A DNA stretch of 64,000 bases from Camelus ferus. Lineage: Eukaryota. Under the pieces are notes generated by a model. That model saw only the letters and a list, made by a program, of their open reading frames with translations, was not told the DNA's origin and did no database searches. Each line of letters begins with the position of its first letter. Position 1 is the first letter of the stretch. Shown here piece by piece: positions 11,400 to 23,589 of the stretch. Made by a program: the position numbers and the translations under genes. Where the stretch lies: NCBI RefSeq assembly GCF_009834535.1, contig NC_045697.1:42844001-42908000 (forward strand), written 5' to 3'.

Positions 11400-12460
11400 T
11401 GATAAAACAATAGCACATACTTTTCTAGTGTTTACTAGCAGCCAGGTACTGTTCCAAACACTTTACAGTTTGTTAACTCTTTGAATCTTCCTAGCAATGC
11501 ATAAGGTAGGTACTTCATTACTTCAACTTTTCAGATGCAGAACCCGAGGCACAAAATGATAAAGTTAATTTGTCCAAGGTGGCAGTTCCCAGAGGTATCA
11601 CGTGAACAGGGGCCACCTGGCTCTGGGGTCTGTGTCCTCAAGTAAGAGCCCCGCGGTCACTTGTTTTTAGGAAATTCTGCTCTCTCATAGTCAATAGTAT
11701 ATCGGTACAAAGCTTTCAGAAGTCTCTGTAAATGACCCTGTTTAATGTTTCATAAATTTAGCTCCAGAACCCTTTTATTTATAACATGTATTAACATCTT
11801 GAGGAACTTGTATTTCAAGAGAGACACAAAATGATCACAGTCTGATAAACAATAATGTGGAGCTAGGGTGTCTTGATTACTTTTGATTACGGCATTTTTT
11901 TTCCTTTTTTAGATAATATGTGGACCTTGACCTGGAGTCCAGAGACTTAAGTTTCAGTTCAGGCTCTCACCCTACTGGCTGTTTCCTCTTGACCAATGAT
12001 TCAACACCATGGACAGTCATTTCCTCTAGTGTGAAATGAAAAGGCTGGACTGATTGCCCGGTTCCCTTCCAGCATTAGCCTGTGATTTTTGTGTGGATGC
12101 TCCATGAGTGATGTTGAATGGATCCACTTATTTTCACTAAGAAGAGTGGACTTAAACAGGAGAAATTTAGGTATGTTTTAAGAAAAATATTCTGAACGTA
12201 AGGATTACATGACTTTGAAACATTTTACCGTGAAAGTGTTCTTATAATAATAGCAACAACAACTAACAGTCAGGCTGCTACAGTTTACTAAGCTCTTCCA
12301 CCTCCATGTGCCACAGTTGGCATCCGTGTAGGTGGAGATTACTATCATTCCCATTTTAAAGATGAATAACTAAGGTTCAGTGAGAACAAGAGCCAGTAAA
12401 TAGTTGAGCTGGTATTTTCAATCCATTACTTTTAGTTCCAAATCCCTGATTCTTTCATGT
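11400..12460. mobile_element. Cluster of MIR fragments (11400-11640 -, 11920-12090 +, 12250-12460 -) and a short CR1/L3-like piece (12150-12240)
   Basis: MIR core motifs such as TTTCAGATGCAGAACCCGAGGCAC and CCCATTTTAAAGATGAATAACTAAGGTTCAG. Confidence 0.6.
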
Positions 12461-12899
12461 TTCTCACATGACCTTTAGTTTACATGGTGACTGGCATCCT
12501 ACTGACCAGGCTAGACTGGCATCCATGTGGTAGATTTTGAATGTAGAACTTTTGGAATGTAGGGGATGATCTTTTGGTTTCAGGGAAGTCCTGATAATCT
12601 TTAAAAATGTTCTTTTGCTTTTTTCCCGTTTTTATTTTCCATAGGTTTTTTTTCCCCAATAAAGACATAGGTAAACAATATATAGGGCATAAAGCAATTC
12701 AAAAAACAGTGTCTACTAAGGTGTTGGGATTCTAGCCATAGTGATAATGGTGGTGATGTTGTTTATACTTGTGATAAATTCTTATCATCATCATCATCAC
12801 CATTGTCAAGTCCTGCTTTTCTCTTTGTTAGATCTAGTTATGGTATTTTTCTGGATTATCTATATTCCTATACAGAAAATCACCACTGTATTTCTCCTA

Positions 12900-14440
12900 G
12901 TTCTAGAACTAGAAGACAGCCTAGGGGTTTCCTGGGGATGGCCTGGCTTTGCTGCATTTGAATTCCGAACTACAGCCTAATAGCGAGGCCTCATAGTGGA
13001 AAGGTGAGAGAAAAGGCTGATGAGCCTTTTGAATAGAATTCAGAATAAGGAGGGTCCTTTCAGGAATTGAAAAAGCAATTACTTCAGGCCCCTCCCTGGC
13101 CCTCCCAGATTTAACCTAAACCCTTTGACTTTTACATTCATGAAAGGAGGGAATCACCTTTGGGCTATTAGCTCAAAAACTGGAATCCTTACCCAGGTGG
13201 TTGCTTACCTCTCTAAACAATTAGGTCAAACTACCAGGGAGTGGCCTCCTTACCTTACAGGCAGTCGCAGCTACTACAACTCTGCTAAGGGGGGCTGAAG
13301 AGCAAACATCTGGCCAGTCAGTCAGTACATGGACTCCACACCAGGTTGGGGCTTCAGCAAGTTCTAACAGAACAGAATGATTATCCACTGGAAAGTTGAT
13401 TCAAGTTCAGGCCATGCTTTTGGACAACCCAGTGGCTACCATATAAACCTGTCACGTGCTAAATCCTGCCACTCTGCTATTCACAGAAATGGGACCCCTG
13501 GAGCATGAGTGTACAGAAACCAGAGATATGATCTATTCCAGTTATCCCTACCTGGGAAGTCTTAAATGCTGAAGAGAAGCGGTTTAAGGAAGGAAGCAGC
13601 TTTACGAGACAGGGAAAAGGGCTTGTGAGATACTCAGTGGCCTCCCTGGCCCAAGTCCTGGGAGCAAGACGCCTACCCCCAGGAACTTCTGCCCAAAAAG
13701 CAGTGCTAATAGCCCTCACCTGAGCCTTAGAGCTTGGGCCAGGGAAGATCTTAAATACTCACACGGATTTGCAGTATGGATGTGCCATCCTACACACATA
13801 GGAGCTATTTGAAAGGAAAGAGGTATGCTTACTGCAGAGCATTAAAACGGACTTTGCACTCAGCCTGGAGACCCCAATCATAGGGAAAAATAGAGATTCG
13901 ATCAGACCTTGAAATGGGCCTTAGCCAAACTATGTCAGGAAACTCAAGAAAATTGGAGTAAGATTCTCTGCCCGTCACACAGTTAGACCCCAGAGATAAG
14001 TTAAAGTGTGTTTGAACTCATGTATGGTAGACCCATTTCCCAAGCCCAAGAGAAGGGACACCTTAACCCCCTTGAAATGAAACAACTCAAGTATGGTCTC
14101 CGTGAAGGAGAAATCATGAAAGCTCTCACAGAATATGGCGACCAGGTCCTGCCCACTCCTACCAACCTGGCCCTCGGTCCCTTCCAGCCAGGAGACAAAA
14201 ACCCAAAAACCTGAAAACCCTTGGCAGCCCTCAGCATCAGCTCACTCCTAAGTGGAACAGACCCCACTTGCTGATCCTAACCAGCCATGCTGCCCTGAAG
14301 CTGCAGGGATCACTCCATGGGGACCTCACACTCAAGTGAAGAGGACCCCTGAGCTCCAACCTCCAGAGACACAACCTGGGGCAACGGACCCCCTTAACTA
14401 CTCATGTGAACATCTCTCTGACCTGAAGCTTCTCTTTTGA
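12900..14440 (+). pseudogene. Degenerate gammaretrovirus-like (class I ERV) pol fragment: RT thumb/connection, RNase H, integrase C-terminal half
   Basis: Frameshifted translation gives TRRQPRGFLGMA..IPNYSLIARP, FQELKKQLLQAP, VAYLSKQL, RFKEGSSF..LPPGTSAQKAVLIALT*ALELG..LNTHTD (RNase H), LHSAWRPQS*GKIE and FELMYGRP..PFQPGD (integrase). Many stops. Confidence 0.9.
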
Positions 14441-14569
14441 AAACAACCTGAGTATGACCAGGGAGATTCAGCCGAGGCAGTGAGCCTCCACATCGGGCAC
14501 ATTCACAGTTGCCTGCAGGAAAAGTCCGCGATTCCTTCATCTTTAGGAAAAACTTGACATGTGACCATT

Positions 14570-14848
14570 TTTCTTTTGTTTATATTTGGGCCATGTATCT
14601 TAACTTATCTGGGTCCTTTGTCTCCAAAAGGTTAGAACCTATAAAACTTAAAATGGCGGTTGCACAGGGCTAGGGCCAAGGCCTGGGGACAATCAAACAT
14701 CAGCAAAGGCAGCCGGGGAGAAGTTCTGCTGCTCTACCTGCAGTTGTGATGATGCCCAAACTCAGCAGGAGATAGTTACAGAAGACGAACCTTCACCCCT
14801 CAGCATCCCTCGACGAGGAGCAGGACAAAAGATAGGAGGGGGACCTGT
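14570..14848 (+). pseudogene. ERV env TM C-terminal remnant and polypurine tract
   Basis: FLLFIFGPCI/LNLSGSFVSKRLEPIKLKMAVAQG* (gamma-type TM tail), then CAGCAGGAGATAGTTACAGAAGA and the PPT AAAAGATAGGAGGGGGA (14827-14843), followed by CC-TGT. Confidence 0.75.
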
Positions 14849-16207
14849 CACCAGCAAAGTCCATTTAACAATTCCCAGGAAATAAGAATAGAATCTAGAT
14901 AATATAATAAAATCTGACCTTTTTTTTTTTTTCCTTTTCCTTTGTGCTTCGTCTAGTTTCACTTGCTCATAGGAGGCCGCGTGCAGAGCCTGCACCTGGC
15001 ACTTCAGCCCAGAGTTCCTGGTGCGAAACAGCTGCCCGACACCTCAGCTTGGGGGCCGAGTGCAGACACGCTGCGCCCAGCACTGTGATGCCCGCGTGGG
15101 TAGCGCAGCCGCACTGCCCTGCGAGACGGGGACCGAGAACGCCGCCCCTCCCCGCGGCTGAGCCGATCCCTGTAAAGCAGCCCCGCCCGCGGCCTGTCCT
15201 GGGGAGCATGCGCTCTGGCCTGCGAGCACGCACCTCTCCATTCTCTGATCAAAGAACGGAGCTTTCCTTCACTTCTGAAGCAAACTGTCTCGTTTTATTG
15301 GCCAAAGGACACCAGGCAGAAGGGGCCTTGTTGGGGACTGACTTGGGATGGTCAGTAACGGCTACATCTCTGATCTCTGCATGAAAGGCCTTATAAGCAA
15401 AAAAGAAATGGAAGAAAGGCAATAGAAATAGATTTAACATAAATAGGAAACTGATGTGTTGATATTTAAAAAAAAACAAAAAACAGGCACAAAGTACCCA
15501 AGTATCAACCATGCCTACCTAATTGCATGTCTCCTAACTTCGCTAACAATCGGGGACTTGCCTATAAAAGCAAAGAAATGCCTTCTTCCAGGGATGGTGA
15601 CAGAACAACTTGGAAGTACTTAGTGAGATTTTTTTAAACTCCTACAGTTTATCTTAAAAACTCCATATGTACTTGCTAATCTATTACATATATTTGAATA
15701 TAAAAATGTATTAAAGTGTCCTTGAAGATGTGCCATTTTACTGGGGCTCCTGAGACCTCTTGGCATGGTCCCACACACTCCAGAGAAACCCCCTTTGAGA
15801 AGCATGATGCCCTGCTGCTTCAAAACACTACATAGAACAAACATTTCCCTCTGTCATGCCCTTCAGATCTATCACCAGTTTCCCATGCCACAACCCCAAG
15901 AATATATGTATACTTGTCTTTTATGAATCTCAGGTGCAGAAGCCTGAGTTAATCACACTCCATTCCCACATGGTCAAGCCTTCATTCATCCTCATCTCAA
16001 AGCAGAGGCTTCATGTCCATGTGGCCCATCTGGACAAGGGAAGAGGGCCTCATCCGTCCCACTGCTGTCTCGGGACATACTGCTGTCTGATATCATGCTC
16101 GGGCGTCTCTTTATGTCTTTGTCTCCCCACTGGACACTCAGCTCCTGGAGGGTAGATGTATCTGGAAACTGCCAGCATCTAGCACAGCAGTGATTGTTGA
16201 ATGATTC

Positions 16208-16786
16208 CTTGTTCATTTTACCTGACACACAGCAAGCCAAAATGGTGAGACACCAAAGTTTAGCATCAAAGAGGGGATTTATTTGCAAGGCAGCCAAATG
16301 AGGAGACAGGAGAACCAGTTACAGACACTTCTGCCTGAAGGTAAGGGGCTGGAGTGTTTGCAGCATGAAGAATAAAGAATCAGGGTGGTCTGAGGTGTGG
16401 GGAGCATAGGAAGCTTGGGGAAAGATGATTAAGAAAAGGTGCATAATCCTAGTTCTGCCCAGGTGTAGCTAAGCCGCAGGCCTCTGCACGTTCAAAATGG
16501 AGATGCTTAGTTTGATCTGGGGGTGGAGTTTTCAACCCTCTGACATCAAAAAGCTCACCAAGTGGACACTGGTGCACACCCAGTTATAGAGCAGGTGGTC
16601 CTATCTAGTCTTAACCAGCGCAGCTAGAACTAGAAACAGCTGGCTTCAATACCTGGAAAGCAACGCAGGCAACCATCTTATGGTTTAGGCTACAAGACGC
16701 TTGGAGGACATGCAAGTCTTGAAACAAACTTGATTAGTGAAGGCAGGTGAAGTAGATTTGACTCATTACTCACGGGTTCACTTTCA
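16208..16786 (-). mobile_element. Solo ERV1-type LTR
   Basis: CAGCAAGCCAAAATGGTGAGACACC...TTTATTTGCAAGGCAGCCAAATGAGGAGACAGGAGAAC (antisense R/U5-like) and ...CACTTTCA end. Left edge uncertain. Confidence 0.7.
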
Positions 16787-17149
16787 AGTAAAGCAGCACC
16801 TGCCAAAACAGGCCTCCTTCAACTGTTACTTCAAATCAAGGCACTTGTCTCTGAGCTCGCTGGTAAGTACTCAGCACAAGGGGAGGTAGGTCACAGCTGG
16901 TCCTGTACACCATTTTTGGATGAAGTATTTATAATATTTTCTTCTGACCTGTGGCCCATTCTTTTTCCCCTGGGCTTAACTCCATTTTTCTTTCTCTTCT
17001 CACCCGATTATATCTGTGAGAATTGATAACAATAGCTAAACAGTTAAAAACAAAACAAAACAAACAACACTGTATTTTTTTAAAGAGCAAAACCAAAACA
17101 CAGAAAAAAAAAGACCTTTTCCTCCAAGGATATGGAGAAAGAATAATAG

Positions 17150-17420
17150 AAGAAATAGAAAGATCAGTAAAGTTTAGACACCCGAAAACTAGGGGGAAAG
17201 ATGATTTCAGAAAAGAATGGAGTGGTAATCAGTTAAATGGCGTAGAGAAATCAAGTAACATAAGGACTGAAAGTAGTCACTGGATTGATCAGTCAAGGTG
17301 GTTGCTTGCAGGTGACTGCGGCAAAAGCTGTTTCGTGGGTTGGCTGAGGTGGCAGATTTCAGTGGTTTGAAAGAGGAGGGTGAAAATGGAAGTAGGATCA
17401 AGATTATAGGTAATTGTGGG
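17150..17420 (-). mobile_element. LINE-2 fragment
   Basis: GTAGAGAAATCAAGTAACATAAGGACTGAAA...CACTGGATT...GGTGAC antisense L2 motif. Confidence 0.65.
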
Positions 17421-18597
17421 ATAGTCAGACAGCCTAGCTGGTGACCTTGAATTTACAGAATCAGCAGCTTCCTCCAGCAGGACTCAGCCATTGGGACTGC
17501 AGGGAAGGGGTGAGGGACCGTCCTATAGATTAGCTGCAGAAAGCTTTACACAGCTAAGTAGCCTCCAAGGTAAACAGTTACGACCACATAGGTTATTTAG
17601 AGCATTTGGTTTCTAAAAGGTCCAGAATCATCAGGAAGAGATTTATGTCCCTTACATTTTGCTTAAAATATCATAAATATTTTAAATATAAGTTGGTCAT
17701 TCACCTGTGAAACAGTTTACTCATCTTTAAAATGAGGATAACATTGCTTTGACTTTATTGTCTCACAGAGTTCTTTGAAAGAGAAAACGAGAACATGGAT
17801 TTGGAATTACTTCCAAACTGCGTAGCATTTTACAAAATGAAAGGCATTTTAGTTGTGAGTCGATGCTACAGATTTTTAACGTCATCATTGGTATGTGTCG
17901 TTCTTCCTGATAGAAAGAACACCGTCTTTGTCTTCCCTCCCCTCCCCTCCTCTAACCTCTTGTTCTCTCTCTCTCTCCACACACACACTCTCACCCTATC
18001 TCTCCTTTGCCTAGAATGCCACATGACATATACCAAAAGTTAAGTCACAAGAAGGAAAAGTAACACGTGGAAGATTTCACATCCTCAGTGGCTGTCTCAC
18101 TAGATCTTGCTTGATCGGCGGCCCTGTTCTGAGAAGTGTAGATGTAAAACATAAAACCGTAACACTGGAAGGACCTGAGGCAAATTCCAGGTCAGAGCGT
18201 TCGTCCCCCAGAGGTGCTGGGACGCTCGCTGACCACACGGCTAATCTGTGGAGCCGACTCAATGCCACAGTTCCTCTGCTCCTTCTCCAGTGCTCTTTAC
18301 CTCCCACCCTGAGCTCACCCAGGCCCCAGGGAGCCAGTCAGTTCACTAAAGTCATCTAAGCCTCATGCCAGAGGCCTTTGAAGCAAAGGCCTACTGCAGA
18401 GGTCCAGCCAGATGCACAGGAGCTGGGCGCAGGTGGCAGGTCCCAGAGGCCGGCCCTGCCGCTCACGGTGAAGGCTCTGCGCTGGAGGAAGGTGGAGCTG
18501 CCAGGTGCCTGGGACGGGCCACCTTTACTTTATTTACGTATAAAACTTTATTTGGAAAAATTTCAAGCTTTCAAAAAAAATACCGTAATAAAAATAG

Positions 18598-18784
18598 AGG
18601 AGGAGGGTATAGCTCAGTGGTAGAGTGCCATGCTTAGTATGCACGAGGTCCTGGGTTCAATCTTCAGTACCTTCATTAAAATAAATAAATAAAAACTTTA
18701 TTGTAGCCCCCAACCCCAAAAAGACTGATTAAATACAATTTTTTAAAGAAGTTTAAAACAATATAAAAACTAAATTAAAAACAG
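18598..18784 (+). mobile_element. Camelid tRNA-derived SINE (Vic-1-like)
   Basis: GAGGGTATAGCTCAGTGGTAGAGTG (A box)...GGGTTCAATC (B box), A-rich tail, TSD AATAAAAATAG at 18587-18597 and 18785-18795. Confidence 0.88.
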
Positions 18785-19606
18785 AATAAAAATAGTGCAA
18801 AGAATACACAAATGTCCTTTACCCAAATTCACCTATTAACTTTTTACCCCATTTGCTTTATCATTTGTGTACTCTCTTTCTATATGTACGTAAATTTTTT
18901 AAAATAGCGGTAAAATACTCATTAACTAAATTTACCACCTTAACCATTTTTAAGTGCACTGTCCAGTGATATTAAGTACATTCACATCGTTGTGCTGCCA
19001 TCACCGCCATCCATCCCAGAACTCTTTTCATCTCGCAATACCAATAAGTACAACTATGTGCCCATTAAACAATATGTATCTACACACACACCCCTTTTTC
19101 TGAACCATTTGAGGGTAAATCACATACATCACCACTCTTTTCCCCTGGCTACTTCCGTGTATACTCCCTAACATTAGGGGCATTACGTTACATAACCACA
19201 GTATAGCTCAAGTTCAGTGAGTTCACATTGCTACGATACTTTCATCACTTCCCACTGATACTTCATTTTTGGTAGTGGACCCATTCATGCCCTTTGTAGC
19301 ATTTCCCCCTTCCCACACAGAATGAAGTCTGGAGACAAGTATTACGCTTAGTGGTCACTCTCTCTAGCCTCCTTCATCTGGATTGTTTCTACAGCCTTTC
19401 TTTGTCTTTTATGATTTTGACTATCTCAAAGAATATACTCTCCCCCTTTAAAAGAGCAGAACATTCATCGTTTTGTCTTTTTCTGATGTTTCCTTGTGGT
19501 TGCACTCAGGTTACGCACTCTCGACTGGAATCCTACAGACGTGACATGTTCCTCTGAGGGTCTTACATCTGGAGGCACATGATGACCAGCTATTCGCCAC
19601 TGGTGG

Positions 19607-20129
19607 TGTCCACAGAAATAACAATAAGCAATCGATAATGGAAATAGAAAAGAGTTTTATTTGAGCCAAACTGAGGACAATAGCCTGGGAGACAGCCTCT
19701 CAGATAATTTCAAGGAACTGCTCCAGAGTAGCATGGTTTTCAGCACAGTTTTATACCTTGTCAGAGCAAAGAACACCAAACAAGTTGGGGATATATTCCT
19801 TCAAGGATTCAGAAGAACCGAAAACAGAAAACCAAGTCAGCATGTACACAGCAAGTCCCTGTGGCCTTGATACCTAGGATCCAAGTATCATCACCGAAGG
19901 CACACCAGCACTGGCATCCCAGGAAGGGAGGCATTTCATCTTTACTTTTAACAAAGACATTCTTTACTTCTGGTAAACACGCCCTTTTCTTTAATGATTA
20001 AAGCAGATGTACAATGTATGTTTGATAGGCCATAAACAAGTGGTTGTAGTCAGCATAAAATTCAAGTTAACTCATGCATAAGCCAGAGTGATTTCCCCAT
20101 ACCTCAGTACGTGAACATTTCTTCCATTA
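19607..20129 (-). mobile_element. Solo ERV1 LTR (MER41-related)
   Basis: TGTCC start, TTTATTTGAGCCAAACTGAGGAC..GACAGCCTCTCAGA motif shared with the LTR at 10165, flanks GTGG/GTGA. Confidence 0.75.
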
Positions 20130-20869
20130 GTGATGCACAGTTGACTCCCAGATCAAGGTGTTATCTTTCTTCTCCACAGAATAATTACTATTTTACTTTT
20201 CCTTTCTTGCAGCTCATAAACTGTAGGTGAGAAGATACATGAAAATACCCTGTTCCTCCTCAAAAGTTCTCTTTAGATTTGGAATCTATTGATATTTCTT
20301 GCCTGATTCAATCTTACAGTGATAGTGGCAAAACGATCATTTTTAACTCCTGTACTCCTTCCACATTTACCAGTCTGAGCTCCACATTCTCCTGTCAGCC
20401 AGAGCCCTCCCTTTTTACCTGTCTGCCTATCTATCTATCTATCTATCTATCTAACATTAGTATGAACTCGTGAATTCTTAATTCTTCAGTGGTTTAAAAT
20501 GAATCATTTTGGTGCTCAAATTGTCCCAGAAGTCTCAAGCTAGCACCTGTGACATGTTCCTGTCCTATTTTTTTTTTTTTTTTTAATTTGGAGGACTTCC
20601 TTACTTTCTGACATAAGCTGTTTCTGGATTATCTTCTATCTGTCCTGGCCCAGCCCTGGAAATAATTACTACTACTTCTTAACTAGGTGAAGCTATAGAC
20701 TCGGGTGAAAATGCAGGAAGTGGGTATTAAAACCCTGGGGCAGAAAGACTTTGGGCCTCCCTGTAACATAAGCAAAATAGAATGGATAAATAATGCAATA
20801 ATCTGGTGAGCAAGTTTGCTCTTATGAGGAAAACCAGATTTGGCAATAAGTTATCCAGTGCCTGTGTCT

Positions 20870-21105
20870 ACAGAATACAGTAGTGGCTTAGCATATGGTC
20901 ACAGGAGTCAGCTGAATTCAAAGTTCAGCTGTCATGAGCTAGCTGTATGTCCTTTGGCCACAGACTTAAGTTTCTTCACCTGTAAGATGAGAGTAGTAAT
21001 GGTATTAACAGCATAAAGTGATACCAGGATTGCATTAAATAACCTGTGTAAGTGCTGAGCAGGATACATAGCACAAAGTGAATCCTCAGTAAATCAGTTG
21101 TTACT
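20870..21105 (+). mobile_element. MIR SINE
   Basis: TAGTGGCTTAG head, GTTTCTTCACCTGTAAGATGAG core and a MIR-type tail. Confidence 0.7.
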
Positions 21106-22589
21106 GTCAAAATTATATTTGCTGGATTGTTTGTTCTTTTTCATTTTTACTGTTTCAAGTTGAATGAAAAAAAGTAACATTATTCTTTTCTAGTAGAAAA
21201 CCATTCTTCATTTTATAAGTCTTTTGAGTGCATTTGGAACTGAAACAATCATTTGGTGGCATAACTTCTGTTTTATGTATGGTAGAAAGAAAATTTCTAG
21301 AAACTATATAACCAAGATTAAAACAGCCCTAAAGGGTGTTCAGAAAATAATAGTGGAACTGTTCGCTAGGGGGAGCTATTGTAACAGATTATGTCGTGTC
21401 CCTTTAAAAAGTATTTTTTCGTAGTTTATTGATAATCTTTGCTGTAAAGTGAAAATTGATAAGTATTATGCTGTACTTTTGTGCAGACTATAAATAATGT
21501 TTTAAAAGATAAACATTGTAGAGTGTAGATATTTACTAAGCTTTGAAAACTACATAAGGATGCCATTCCATCTTGGCCAAAAGGATTTCATACAAATTCT
21601 AAGAGCTAAATAACCAGGAGGGCTATATAGTTAAATGAGGCTCACGTTAAATAGTGGAACAAAATCAAACCATTAAAAACAGTTGCCAACATTCTCTAAA
21701 ATGACTGTAGAAAGTAAAATAAAGACAAATGACAATTTAAAAGTGGTTTTCCTGCCAGGAGTGAGGAGAGACCTTTCACAGAAAAGAAGTGGTTTTGAAT
21801 CAGAGCTAATTGGACAATTTGGGACAAAGGGCAAAGGGTCTGTCTGGTAGTCAGGTGAGCCAGCTTTCCTGCTGACCACAGGCAAGTCTTTCAGCCTCAG
21901 GGGCCTTACTGCTAACGGTAGGGGGCTGGAGCTCCAAGTCCCTTTGGGTCCTCACACTCTATAATGGTAACAGTAAAAAGGAGAAAGTCAGTGTAATTAT
22001 GCTTAAGGTAGTTATTTGCTTACATTTTAATACCTTATGTGTTATAGTCATGTGGCCTTAATTTTGCTCCAGTCAAATTTCCCCTAACACCAGAATCAGT
22101 CATAATTTATATATGCAAAAATCACTGACATGCAGTTATTACTGTTGTTTTTGTTTTGGTTTGGTTCTTTTTGGAAAGTAAGAGAATACTAGAGTCCAAG
22201 GACTGGACTGAGCTGCAGGAGGCTTAAGCTGGCTATGTTGGTGTGGTTGGAAGAACAGACAGGGTATAGTCCACAGCACAAAGCCAAGTCAACCAATAGG
22301 AGAAATACATATTTTTTAATAAGATTTTCAACCGAAAACATTCATATCCATCGTGAATGTATGTATAATTGGCAGACTCAAATCATATTCCCACTTTTAA
22401 TTTTGTTTGCAAAAATGCTTTTCGTATTTGGAAGAGTCCTTAAATCTTAGAGAATTATATTTAAAAATACACTGTTCCTATTTCAGTCAAAACTGATTTT
22501 ATACTATATACCATAACACTAAAGAGATTCTGGTAATTTGAAAAATTATCTTTAAAATATCTATTTGTTCCTTTCAAAAACGATGTGTC

Positions 22590-22990
22590 CATTTGTAGAC
22601 CTTGTTGGGATCTTGATTCAAATTATATGGAATGAGACATCTGTGGGACATCTGAGGAAATATGAACCCTGAAGAATATTTGATGACATTAAGAAACTAC
22701 TCTAATTTTTAGATGTGAAAATGATAATATAGTTATACGGGTTTGTTTTTTTTTTTATAAGGGTCCTTCTTCTCTTTCAGACATACATTGAAATAATTAT
22801 AGATGTAATGGTATGATGTCTGGGATTTGCTTGAAAACAGTCCAGTGATTGGGGAGTGAGGGTATGGATGAAATAAGCTTAGCCATGAGCTGGTAATTTT
22901 GAAGCTGGGTCCTGAGTATATGGGGGGAGAGGGTCATTATCTATTCTCTCTACTTTTGCATATTATGAACTTTTTCATGGTAAAAAGTTA
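22590..22990 (+). mobile_element. Old L1 (L1MC/ME-like) 3' UTR fragment
   Basis: GATATTTGATGACATTAAG-type and ATGATGTCTGGGATTTGCTT motifs, similar to 5250-5495. Confidence 0.7.
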
Positions 22991-23589
22991 GAAACAAATC
23001 ACACGCCAAAAACTCCCAAACCCAACTGTCATTATTTAATAACTTTGAACTTAGTGTGGACCTAAGAAGACATCTTTTACAAGGGAAATTTGCAGTTCCA
23101 AGTCTTTTTCTTGATGATTGGGTCTGAATGTGTTAATCAATGCTGCCCTGTCATAGCCCCTGACATAAGGAAAATGCTGAAGTGTGATTTTTAAATCATA
23201 AAAATGTGCCCATAGTAATAGCTCCATCTTTTGCATAATATTTAAATCAATTCATTGATTTCCAGTTGCCTGATACTCTTATTTTAGTAACAAAATAAAC
23301 GATACATAGTTCAGTAAAGTTGAATCCATTTGGGTTCATTTGTGCTCAAAATCTGAAGCCAATTAAGATCTGCTTCTTGGCTGCGTGTCGGGGGACAGGC
23401 ATCAGTCTCTTTGCAGGCTTGGTTTTTTCTGTCTTTACTGTACAGTTGCTAACCATGTTCTTGAAAAGAGAAATCCCACTCATGTCCTGCCTTGGCTCTT
23501 TGTATATTTGCATATAAAGAGATACGTATACAATGAGTGTCTGTAAATGTCTTATAAACGTCTCTATTAAAAAACCCAAAACATTCCCA

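Larger units (their letters stand above)
18540..20660 (-). mobile_element. Old L1 (L1MC-like) 3' region interrupted by a SINE, a younger L1 3' end (~18893-19075) and an LTR
   Basis: T-rich antisense L1 3' UTR motifs (CCTTTACCCAAATTCACCTATTAAC; TTTGGTGCTCAAATTGTCCCAGA) that continue across the inserts. Confidence 0.7.

Noticed and set aside
12741..12980. His-rich hydrophobic 79-aa ORF
   Set aside because: It has a GTG start and a His run from a short (CAT)n repeat, with no splice or homology support.
14001..14440. Short ORFs as a domesticated retroviral gene
   Set aside because: They are small integrase fragments among many stops and frameshifts, and catalytic segments are deleted.
14919..15384. 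Processed pseudogene (T-run plus GC-rich ORFs)
   Set aside because: I found no minus-strand poly(A) signal, no TSD and no recognisable protein. Kept only as a CpG-patch finding.
18598..18680. tRNA gene (also at 27185-27259 and 38673-38750)
   Set aside because: A and B boxes are present, but A-rich tails, TSDs and divergence between copies mark them as SINEs.
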